Of a stretch of DNA of 57,050 nt, positions 1-11,571 are shown one piece after another. Under the pieces are notes generated by a model. That model was not told the origin of the DNA, did not search any database, and saw only the letters and a program-made list of their open reading frames with translations. Source of the DNA: Reclinomonas americana ATCC 50394 (lineage: Eukaryota); assembly GCA_048213135.1 (NCBI GenBank), contig PS015031.1, forward strand, positions 6,114 through 63,163, read 5' to 3'. Position numbers and translations under genes: made by a program. Numbering within the stretch: the stretch's first letter is position 1; the number at the start of each line of letters is the position of its first letter.

Positions 1-19
1 CCTCCTCCTCCTCTCTCCT

Positions 20-89
<70 letters not shown>

Positions 90-366
90 CTTCCCCTCCG
101 ATCCCCCTTCTCTCTCACACTCTCTCTTTCTAGTCTTCAAATGCCTGCTCTACCGCTTTCTCTCCTGCCTCCTTCCCTCTCCACCCTCCCAATCCCCCCT
201 CTCTCTCTCTTTCCCTTTGTCGCCCTCTCTCTCCACTTCGCCTTCCTCTGCGTGAGTCCCTGCTCTCTCGCTCTTTTTTCGCTCATTCTTTCGAATGCCT
301 CTCCCTCTCCCTTGCCCCTCTCTCTCCTTCCCTTCTCTCTCTCTCTCTCTCTCTCTCTGCGCGCAC

Positions 367-791
367 TCAACAGACTGCGGAACCCAATGCCCGTGTGATA
401 CAAGTCCACATCGCCCAACAAGTCCGACAACACCGACTCCATCAGCGGCGCCTGTTCAATCAACAGTAAGTCAACAAGACAAAAAACACAACGAAAACAC
501 CACCAAATGCACACTTGCCTGCATGTAATACACTATGTGAGAAAGCAAAGGTGAGTGACTTGTGTGTGAAATGCGCGACGGAGGAATCATTGAGCAAACA
601 ACGCACCTTCCACTTGGTCATCTGTGTCAACACACAAGAAAGAGAGAGAGAGAGAGAAAGCACAAGAGTGAGAGAGTGAGAGAACACAATGTGTTATGCA
701 CGTCAACTCTGAACTGTGTCATCTCAAAAGTCACCTTAGGCGACACCTAAGTCGTCACCTAAGGCGACACCTACAGTCACTTATACTCTCA

Positions 792-826
<35 letters not shown>

Positions 827-1416
827 TCACTCACTCANNNNNNNNNNNNNNNNNNNNCTCACTCACTCACTCACTCACTCACTCACTCACTCACTCACTC
901 ACTCACTCACTCACTCACTCACTCACTCACTCACTCACTCACTCACTCACTCACTCACTCACTCACTCACACACTCACACATTCACACACTCACTCACTC
1001 ACTCACTCACTCACTCACTCACTCACTCACACACACACTCACACTCACTCACACAACACACACACACACACTCACTCACTCACTCACTCACTCACTCACT
1101 CACTCACTCACTCACTCACTCACTCACTCCACGCACTCACTCACTCACTCCCTCACTCCCTCACTCACTCCCTTCCCTCCTCTCACACTCACTCTCCCTC
1201 TCTCACACACTCACCCTCTGGCAACAGTGGAGGGATGTAATCATCGGGCGCCGGGCACCACGGACTGTCGGGCAACTGCACACAGTAGCCCTCCGCAATC
1301 GCCTCGTGTCCATTGACGAGTCTCAGCACACCTCCTTGTGTAAACGAAGAGGACGCTGCTACTGTGGTGGCGGTGCAGAGAAGGGCAAGAAAGAGCGCAA
1401 GGAGGAGTGCACGCAT
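367..1416 (-). CDS. CLN5: CLN5-like secreted/lysosomal protein, 5' exons (gene continues off the left edge)
   Basis: Signal peptide MRALLLALFLALLC. Exons 1416-1215, 621-607, 532-519 and 451-367 splice to WCP..DYIPPLLPEDDQVEVYYMQAPLMESVLSDLLGDVDLYHTGIGFRSLL, matching the CLN5 pattern FCP..IP...DDIEVFRLQAP.WE..GDLLG....H.AIGFRS.L. Confidence 0.75.
790..1200. repeat. (CACT)n/(CA)n microsatellite in the first intron of the CLN5-like gene
   Basis: Direct tetranucleotide repeat visible, interrupted by a 20-N gap. Confidence 0.95.
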
Positions 1417-1671
1417 GGTGCTCTCTATTCAGCAGACGTGATATCAAGGTTTAGTTGATCGGAAGTTTGTCAACAATGCATGGAGGTGCGCTGACTTTGA
1501 GCAACTGAAACGACGATAACACTTCATTCCTGACGTCGCGATGTCTACGGTCATACGCAACCACAGCAATGCAATGCCTGGGTCTGTAGAGGTGACGATG
1601 AGAATGCGATTTTGTGCCATTGCCTTGACCAATAGCCAAACTCACCGTACCTTTTGCGATATTCTCCGTTA

Positions 1672-4600
1672 TCAGCACGTGGTGGCGAGGATCAGCGAGT
1701 TGTTGACGGCGGCGTAGCCACGGCCGCCGGAGGCGCTGAGCGCGACCGCCTCTACATCGTTGCCGGTAGGTCCGAATTCCACCAGCCACGTCTGACCGCC
1801 GTCATTGGAGCCGTACACGGCAGGCACAGACTTGTTGCACGCGATCACGCGCATGCCGTCTGCGCTGCTCGCTATTCCCGTCCAGTTCTTGTTGTCGAAC
1901 ATGGTCGGCGTCTGCTCCCAGATGGTGCCCGAGTCTCTCGAGAAGTAGATGTTGCTGTTATCAATCGAGGCAAAGAGGCGCACACCATCCGCACTCGACG
2001 CGCACGCAGTCCAGTTCTTATCTTGCCCCGTACGTTGCGTCATCGATGAGTTGAAGACGCCGGTGAAAATACGCCCGCTGGTGACCACGGTGATGAACTT
2101 GGAGCAATCCGAATTGCATGCAATGTCCATGTAGGCACGCGACGACGACCCAGGAGCTGTCGTCCAGGTGGTGCCAGAGTCGACCGACTGGAACACGTTT
2201 GAGGCGTTGCCAACGGCCAGCATTCGAGTGCCGTCCGCACTCATGGCGATTGCTGTGTAAGGCTGATTGGAGCCGGTGTTGCGAGCCGTCCACGTTGCAC
2301 CACTATTTGTCGTCACCCAAATGTTGCCACCGTTCACCACGGCAGCCATCACCGATCCGTCAGAATTCATGGCCACATCGGTATAACTCTTGTTGCCAGC
2401 TGCAGTATTCGCCTGCGCCCATGACACACCCGAGTCCAGTGACAGATACAATGTGCCTCCAGAGACACTGGCGAGAGCCTTGGTGCCGTCCTGACTCGTG
2501 GCCACCGACGTCCAAGCCTGTGAGCTGGCACGACCCGTCCACGTAATGGTCGGACAATCGGTGCGCGGTGGCGATGGCGCAGCAAAGATGGGGACCCAGG
2601 TCGATCCATCGCTCATTACTTGCAACGCGTAAAAGGGCCGAACTTCGCTCTCGTTCAGTCCACGTTTCAACTGGGATGCCACTGCCGACGTCACCAACAC
2701 GTTGAACAGACCGCCAGCATTCTGACCGATGCACGTGTTGACAACCATGTACGCTTTGCCAGACACACCCGCTGCTGTCGGCAGCGTCACCGTAATCGTC
2801 GTGCTCGTCGTTGGGAAACAGGAGGCCGGTCGAACGAGAAGAACATAGTCGGAGGAAGAGGCGGTGTAGCTGCCGCTCACTGAGCTCCACACGAGCGTGC
2901 TTCCAGGTGTTGACCACAGCGCCGTTGCGCCCGATGCTGTCAACACCTGACCAGTAGAGCCCACAGCCAATTCAGCGGATCGACCAGATGAGTTGCCAAG
3001 AAGAAGCGCACCCTGTGTCAGCGGTAAGGAGACACTGGCGCCTACGACAAGGCTACCGGCTGTGCTCAGACTGCCACCCGCCACGAGGCCGCCAGTGCTC
3101 ACTGAGCCGCCTTGCAGCGAACCCACCGTAGTGACGCTGCCACCGCTAATGATACCAGACGAACTAACGGACGCACCGCGCAGCGACCCAACGGTTGTCA
3201 CACTGCCGCCACTGATCAAGCCGCCAGAGCTCACCGAGCCACTCTCAAGAGTGCCCACCGTCGTCACACTGCCGCCACTGATCACACCAGACGAGCTTAT
3301 AGAACTGCCGCGTAGCGAACCCACTGTCGTCACACTGCCGCCACTGATCAAGCCACCAGAGCTCACCGAACCGCCTTGCAACGAACCCACAGTCGTCACA
3401 CTGTCGCCACTGATGACGCCACCAGAGCTCACCGACCCACCAAGCAGAGCACCACCAGTGCTCACCGAGCCGCCTTGCAAGGAACCCACAGTCGTCACAC
3501 TACCGCCACTGATCAAGCCGCCGGAGCTCACCGAGCCACTCTCAAGAGTGCCCACCGTCGTCACACTGCCGCCACTGATCACACCAGACGAGCTTATAGA
3601 ACTGCCGCGAAGCGAACCCACAGTCGTCACACTGCCGCCGCTGATCAAGCCACCAGAGCTCACAGAGCCGCCTTGCAACGAACCCACTGTCGTCACACTA
3701 CCGCCACTGATAACGCCACCAGAGCTCACCGACCCACCAAGCAGAGCACCACCAGTGCTCACCGAACCGCCTTGCAACGAACCCACAGTCGTCACACTAC
3801 CACCACTGATCACGCCACCAGTGCTCACCGATCCACCAAGCAGAGCACCACCAGTGCTCACCGAGCCGCCTTGCAACGAACCAACAGTTGTCACACTGCC
3901 GCCACTGATCAGGCCACCAGAGCTCACAGAGCCGCCTTGCAAGGAACCCACAGTCGTCACACTGCCGCCACTGATCACGCCACCAGTGCTCACCGATCCA
4001 CCAAGCAGAGCACCACCAGTGCTCACAGAGCCGCCTTGCAACGACCCCACAGTCGTCACACTGCCGCCACTGATCACGCCACCAGAGCTCACCGTGCCAC
4101 CTTGCAACGAACCAACAGTCGTAACACTACCGCCACTGATCACGCCACCAGAGCTCACCGAGCCACCCAACAACGCTCCACCAGTGCTCACAGAGCCGCC
4201 TTGCAACGAACCCACAGTCGTCACACTGCCGCCACTGATCACGCCACCAGAGCTCACCGATCCACCCTGCAGCGAACCCACAGTCGTCACACTGCCACCG
4301 CTGATCACACCAAATGTGCTGACTGAGCCTCCCTGTAATGTGCCCACCGTTGTCACACTGCCANNNNNNNNNNNNNNNNNNNNCCGCTGATCACACCGAA
4401 TGTGCTGACTGAGCTGCCCTCCAGTGTACCCACTGTCGTCACACTGCCGCCGCTGATCACACCGAATGTGCTGACTGAGCCGCTCTGCAACGAACCCACA
4501 GTCGTCACACTGCCGCCGCTGATCACACCAAATGTGCTGACTGAGCCGCTCTGTAATGAGCCCACCGTCGTCACACTGCCGCCGCTGATCACACCGAATG

Positions 4601-7600
4601 TGCTGACCGAGCTGCCCTGCAACGAACCTACCGTCGTCACACTGCCGCCGCTGATCACTCCGAATGTGCTGACTGAGCCGCTCTCCAGCGTGCCAACCGT
4701 CGTCACACTGCCGCCGCTGATTACACCGAATGTGCTGACCGAACTGCTCTGCAAGGAACCAACCGTCGTCACACTGCCGCCGCTGATCACACCAAAGGTG
4801 CTGACTGAGCCACTCTCAAGCATGCCCACTGTCGTCACACTGCCGCCGCTGATCACACCGAATGTGCTGACTGACCCACTCTCGAGCGTGCCAACAGTCG
4901 TCACACTGCCGCCACTGATCACACCAAATGTGCTGACTGAGCTGCCCTGCAATGTACCCACTGTCGTCACACTGCCGCCGCTAATCACACCAAAGGTGCT
5001 GACCGAGCCACTCTCGAGCGTGCCAACAGTCGTNNNNNNNNNNNNNNNNNNNNNNNNNNNNNNNNNNNNNNNNNNNNNNNNNNNNNNNNNNNNNNNNNNN
5101 NNNNNNNNNNNNNNNNNNNNNNNNNNNNNNGCTGATCACACCAAATGTGCTGACTGAGCCTCCCTGTAATGTGCCCACCGTTGTCACACTGCCACCGCTA
5201 ATCACGCCGAACGTGCTGACTGAGCCGCTCTCCAATGAACCCACTGTCGTCACGCTGCCGCCACTGATCACGCCGAACGTGCTGACTGAGCCACTCTCAA
5301 GCGTGCCCACTGTCGTCACACTGCCGCCGCTAATCACACCAAATGTGCTGACCGAGCTGCCCTGCAATGTGCCCACCGTCGTCACACTGCCGCCGCTGAT
5401 CACACCGAACGTGCTGACTGAGCCGCTCTGTAATGAGCCCACTGTCGTCACACTGCCGCCGCTGATCACACCGAATGTGCTGACTGAGCCGCTCTGTAAT
5501 GAGCCCACTGTCGTCACGCTGCCGCCGCTGATCACACCAAATGTGCTGACTGAGCCGCTCTCCAATGAACCCACCGTCGTCACGCTGCCGCCGCTGATCA
5601 CACCGAATGTGCTGACCGAGCTGCTCTCAAGCGTGCCCACTGTCGTCACACTGCCGCCGCTGATCACGCCGAACGTGCTGACAGAGCTGCTCTCCAGTGT
5701 GCCAACAGTCGTCACACTGCCGCCACTGATAAGACCATCAACAGCGAGAATTGAACTCGTTATACTGCCTGCAGAAAGTAATCCACTTGTAGTCAGACTG
5801 CCGCCACTGACGATGCCTACAGCACTGATGTTACTTGCAATGCCAAGGGTATTCGTCACAATAACTGCTGCACTAATAGACCCCGCAGTTGTGATGTTCG
5901 CAGCAACGAGAAGACCTGAAGTACTGACCGAGCCACTCTCCAGAGTGCCCACCGTAGTAACACTGCCGCCGCTGATCACACCGAATGTGCTGACTGAGCC
6001 ANNNNNNNNNNNNNNNNNNNNGCAATGAACCCACTGTCGTCACACTGCCGCCGCTGATCACACCGAACGTGCTGACTGAGCCACTCTCAAGCGTGCCCAC
6101 CGTCGTCACACTGCCACCGCTGATCACACCAAAGGTGCTGACTGAGCTGCCCTGCAATGTGCCCACCGTCGTCACACTGCCGCCGCTGATCACGCCGAAT
6201 GTGCTGACTGAGCCACTCTGCAATAAACCCACTGTCGTCACACTGCCACCGCTGATCACACCGAATGTGCTGACTGAGCCGCTCTCGAGCGTGCCCATCG
6301 TCGTCACACTGCCGCCGCTGATCACACCGAATGTGCTGACTGAGCTGCCCTGTAATGTGCCCACTGTCGTCACACTGCCACCGCTGATCACACCGAATGT
6401 ACTGACTGAGCCGCTCTCCAGCGTACCCACTGTCGTCACACTGCCGCCGCTAATCACACCAAATGTGCTGACCGAGCTGCCCTGCAGTGTGCCCACTGTC
6501 GTCACACTGCCGCCGCTGATCACACCGAATGTGCTGACCGAGCCGCTCTGCAACGAGCCCACTGTCGTCACACTGCCACCGCTGATCACACCAAAGGTGC
6601 TGACTGAGCCGCTCTCGAGCGTGCCCACTGTCGTCACACTGCCGCCGCTAATCACACCAAAGGTGCTGACTGAGCTGCCCTCCAGTGTACCCACCGTCGT
6701 CACACTGCCGCCGCTGATCACACCGAACGTGCTGACTGAGCCGCTCTGCAACGAACCCACCGTCGTCACACTGCCGCCGCTGATCACACCGAATGTGCTG
6801 ACCGAGCCACTCTCAAGCGTGCCAACAGTCGTCAAACTGCCGCCGCTGATCACACCGAATGTGCTGACCGAGCTGCTCTCTAGCGTGCCAACAGTCGTCA
6901 CACTGCCGCCGCTAATCACACCAAATGTGCTGACTGAGCTGCCCTGTAATGTGCCCACTGTCGTCACACTGCCACCGCTGATCACACCGAATGTGCTGAC
7001 TGAGCCGCTCTCGAGCGTGCCCATCGTCGTCACACTGCCGCCGCTGATCACACCGAATGTGCTGACCGAGCCGCTCTCGAGCGTGCCCATCGTCGTCACA
7101 CTGCCGCCGCTGATCACACCAAATGTGCTGACTGAGCCGCTTTGTAATGTGCCCACCGTCGTAACACTGCCGCCGCTGATCACACCGAATGTGCTGACTG
7201 AGCCGCTCTGCAATGTGCCCACTGTNNNNNNNNNNNNNNNNNNNNNNNNNNNNNNNNNNNNNNNNNNNNNNNNNNNNNNNNNNNNNNNNNNNNNNNNNNN
7301 NNNNNNNNNNNNNNNNNNNNNNNNNNNNNNNNNNNNNNNNNNNNNNNNNNNNNNNNNNNNNNNNNNNNNNNNNNNNNNNNNNNNNNNNNNNNNNGTGGCA
7401 CTGCTGACGTCGATGGCGGCGCTCGGCGTTGGCGGATACCTGTACTTGTCGCAAAAGCCGCTGAGCATTCCGAATGAGGACTTTTTGAGGACATTGGTTT
7501 ACAATCCGGCGAACCAGACGTGGCACTTGAGTGCAGCTGAGTTGACGTCGGAGCAGCAGGTGCGGGACAGAGCCATGGTGCAGGAGTTGCTGGATTCGCG

Positions 7601-9493
7601 AGTGCCCGACGCACTGGCTCGCGTCGACATGGTGACGGACTATGTGGCAGCCACGCGTGCTGTGTTGGATTATAGGATCGATACGCTGATGCAACATACA
7701 AACAGCACGATTACGGATGTTGTTGCATGGACCCTGTCGCTAACCAATGCACTTGCCGGTGTCGATGCCTCGACTACAGCAGGTACGTATCCATGAATTT
7801 GTCACCCCGTACATCGCGACGAGCTGCTCGGTGGACCTGATTGCTGACCATTTTGCGCAGGAATATCGTCGATAACAAACACGTTGCAATCTTTCGGCTT
7901 ACTGTCCGCAAGTCGGACAGTGACTGCGGGAGCAGTGACCGCAGTCGGCGTTGTGACCGGCGGGAGTTTGACAACGAGTGGAACACTGGAGGCGGCCACG
8001 ATCAGTACATCCGGACAAATGAGAGCTGCCGGCTTGATCAGCGGCGGCAGCGTGACAACTGTCGGCTCAGTGCAGAGCGGCTCAGTCAGCACATTCGGTG
8101 TGATCAGCGGCGGCAGTGTGACGACGGTGGGCACGCTGCAGAGCGGCTCAGTAAGCACATTCGGTGTAATCAGCGGTGGCAGTGTGACCNNNNNNNNNNN
8201 NNNNNNNNNNNNNNNNNNNNNNNNNNNNNNNNNNNNNNNNNNNNNNNNNNNNNNNNNNNNNNNNNNNNNNNNNNNNNNNNNNNNNNNNNNNNNNNNNNNN
8301 NNNNNNNNNNNNNNNNNNNNNNNNNNNNNNNNNNNNNNNNNNNNNNNNNNNNNNNNNNNNNNNNNNNNNNNNNNNNNNNNNNNNNNNNNNNNNNNNNNNN
8401 NNNNNNNNNNNNNNNNNNNNNNNNNNNNNNNNNNNNNNNNNNNNNNNNNNNNNNNNNNNNNNNNNNNNNNNNNNNNNNNNNNNNNNNNNNNNNNNNNNNN
8501 NNNNNNNNNNNNNNNNNNNNNNNNNNNNGATACCGCAATCCACAGCACAGTCAGCTGTCGCTTGGTCACTTGCGCTGCAGCGCGCTCGGCGCCTCCTCCA
8601 ACGTTGCGTAATCTCAAGTCTGCAATCGGCACCGACACAGCCGACTCCACCGACGCCGACGACGACGGCGAATGCTGCGGCTTGCTATCATCCACCTCCA
8701 CCAGCGCGTCGGCGTTCACAGGGTGAATTCGTTGCGCGTTGCTCAAGTCACCAATGGCGGGACTCGCCAGCTGCGGCGGAGAGGAGGTGAGCGAGTCTCA
8801 TTTGTCTAGTTTTCCCTCACCCATCCACCAACGCACCTCATCCGCTGGCGTGTTGACATTGTGGAAGAGCCGCGCGTTTGCTAACCTCCGAATCAACGAC
8901 ATGGCACGCGGGTGCTTTGGCGCGTTGATGTATCCACGCGGTTCCACTCGTCGTCCATCATCAGCATCCCCGTTATCATCATCATCATTGCCGCCGAAAT
9001 CAGCGTCAATGTGCGTCTGTGCATACACACAGGCACCCCCCATGTGAGACACCTATCCACACACACAGAGAGGGAGAGAGGGAGCAGGTGGACGCACCAC
9101 TCTGTCACCAAACACTCCCATTGCACGTTCGTTGTTGACCGACATCATGTGCGGCGGTGGTGGCGCTGCTGGCAGTGGTGGTAACCGCAACCGCCCTTGC
9201 ACTAGTGTGCGCAACAGTCGCCGCGACACTGCCTGCTGTTGCTGTTGTTGCTGCTGTGAGGGCGAAGAGTCATCTGCGTGTTTGTTGGCGGCCATGTCGG
9301 TCTGTTGTGTCGGCGACTGCTGTTGCAGTGATCGCGGCGGCTGTAGACGATGAAACAGCTGCGGCGAGGGACCGGCTGGGCGCTCAATGAGAGCAGCGGG
9401 CGCGGGAGGCGCGCTTGGCATGTGTGGGATTTGTCGTGACAAGGGCACGAAGCCGGTTGGCTGTTGTTGTTGTTGCGGGTCCTGTCCTTGCAT
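1672..9493 (-). CDS. Giant (about 2,300+ aa) type II single-pass membrane protein: Q/P-rich cytosolic N-terminus, TM helix, helical neck, 22-aa Gly/Ser/Thr/Val repeat shaft, phage-tail-fibre-like domain, C-terminal beta-propeller
   Basis: Exons 9493-9098, 9016-8837, 8770-8529 (GT-AG, phase 0), then the flipped contig 7395-7782 + 7861-8189 (GT-AG intron), then 7225-1672. The joins read LWIAVS|VALLTSMAALGVGGYLYL (one base missing at the gap) and SGGSVT|TVGTLQ (exact and in frame). Stop TGA at 1674-1672. Confidence 0.8.
3050..8189. repeat. Coding tandem array with a 66-bp (2 x 33-bp) unit encoding GGSVTTVG(T/S)L(Q/E)SGSVSTFGVIS and variants
   Basis: Unit visible in DNA (gtcgtcacactgccgccgctgatcacaccgaatgtgctgactgagcc) with variation mostly at synonymous positions of the minus-strand frame; interrupted by gaps and by the non-repetitive part of the flipped contig. 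Confidence 0.95.
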
Positions 9494-9866
9494 TTGTGTG
9501 CGTATGTGTGTGTGTGCGTGCGCGCGTGTGAGTGTGTTGCGCTCGTTGATGTCGATATCTCGAGAATAAGGAGTCGAATCGGACACGCGGACGCGATTGC
9601 GTGATTGGCGGTATCGCGAAAAAACGGTGTGAAAGGAGTTGCGCATGTTGGCTGCAGACGCGCCGTAGTGTGCTAGGCAAGCTATCCTGTGCCACTGTCA
9701 GAACAGAGAGCGGAGAGTGAGTGACAAAGCAGACGTCGAACACATTTACATAAAAAACGCCATGCGAGCAGCGTCGTGGTGCGTCATTGACTTCATTCAT
9801 CGACCGCAGGGTGCACAGTCGTATTGCATTTCTCTCTCCCTCTCCCTCTCCCCCTCTCTCACGCGG

Positions 9867-10963
9867 TCACTTGAAGGCGGTGGCGACAATGGACAAGATC
9901 TCGTGGCCGAGTCGAACGCGGATGAATCGCGCCGCTTCCCACATGCAGCTGTAATCCTCGTCTTTCATGGCCTGGTGGCTGCGCAGGGTGTCGGCCCATT
10001 TTTGCATGTCCATTGGCGACAGCAGCGGCATCAGGTCGTCGAGACTGCGGCGCACGTGTGAGCACATAATGAGCAGGGTCGGTGAGGAGAAATTCGGACG
10101 CAACTTGTCAAACACCACATTCTGCATGCGATCAAAGAGCACCGTGTTGGCCTCCCGCGAGTTGTGCTTCTTCAGCGCCTGCTCAAAGCTCGCCAGCACC
10201 TCAAACAGCAGCACCTTGCTCGCCTTGACCGATCGCACAATCTCCAAGTCGCCCTCGCGCACCTCCGGCACCAACAGATCCGGTCGCCCCGGGCACTGCT
10301 GCAGCCTGCGCGCAGCAGAGCATCAGTTACGTGGATGCTGCGGCTGTTGCTGCTGTTGTGTAATGGAGGCAAACGCAACTCGCACAGATGCTCGACCTCG
10401 GCAGCCGCCGCCGCCTCGCGCGCCTGCCTCTCCGCCTCCTGTCTCGGATCCACAGGGAACATGCGCGTCCTGATCGCCCTCGCCGCCTCGTCCCACGTCA
10501 ACCCCGCAATCGCCGCGCGCTCCTCCTCAAACGACGTCATGTGCATCAGCGCACTGGGCGTCGCCACAGCCGAGCTCGCATCCGACTCTGACTCCGACTC
10601 CTCCTCCCCATCGTCATCGTCGTCCTCCTCCTCTTCCATCTCAAATGTGAGTGACTCCTGCGTGCACAGCTGAGCTGCGCGCTCGGCGGCCACCACCGCT
10701 GCCCTGTGATCCAACAGCGCATCGGCAATCGCATCGTCGCTGACAGCAGAGGGGTCGCCAAGTGTGCTCAGTTCTGCACTGGTGAGTCGCTCTCTGGCCA
10801 GCGCGCGCAACACCTTGTGCGCCACACATGCTGTCAGAGAGTCACAGAGACAGAGAGAGAGTTGAGTGAGAGTCGCACCTGTGGATCATATGGAGCGCTG
10901 GTGGTTAATCGCGCGTATACTGCGGGTTCTTCGACTTGCAGCGCGGCCAGCAGTGAGTCCATT
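9867..10963 (-). CDS. Hypothetical helical protein with an acidic tract (about 3 exons)
   Basis: Coding-like segments MDSLLAALQVEEP.., VLRALARERL..EEEEDDDDD.., VPEVREGDLEIVRS..ATAFK*; splice sites uncertain; no family recognised. Confidence 0.55.
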
Positions 10964-11241
10964 GTGTGTGTGTGAGGACAAGAGCGCGCGTGTGTCAGTG
11001 TTGTGCAAAAATGGACGCGGACAGAGCGAGTACTGTCCGCCTGTTCTGATTGTCCTTTTTCCAAAGAAAACACGAAAGAATGCAGTGCAGTGGAGCAGTG
11101 TGCAGAGGTGATAGTGTACGCGAAGAATAAGACAGAAGCAATGAGAGAAGTGAGGGATTGCAGATTTTGCCGGCGTGGACAGAGCGAGTCGCTTGTCCGC
11201 CCTTGTCCATTGTCCTTCGCGCCAAAAAAACACACTTCAAC

Positions 11242-11483
11242 ATGAGTGAGGAGGTGCAGAGGTATCGCAGTGCAGTGGAGCAGTTTACAGAGGTGAGTGC
11301 TTGTGTAAGTGAGAGGCGGGGAGAGAGACTGGGGAAAAAACAGTGAGATTTTTTTATGAGTGCTGCTTTTCTTTTGTGTTTAGGTGGAGGTGTAAGTGTG
11401 CTTAGGTGGGGTTCAGGTGCGGGTGAAGGCGGTGTGTGAGTGAGCGAAGAGTCGGAGAAATTCAAGTGTGAAATGAGATGATT

Positions 11484-11571
<88 letters not shown>

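Noticed and set aside
2993-7225. Long plus-strand ORFs of PTVVTLPPLITPNVLTE repeats
   Set aside because: Antisense shadow of the stop-free repeat; the minus-strand frame continues into recognisable domains and carries the synonymous variation
1672-9493. Endogenous giant virus, virophage or Polinton insertion
   Set aside because: No capsid, packaging ATPase, polymerase, integrase or terminal repeats; neighbours are spliced host genes
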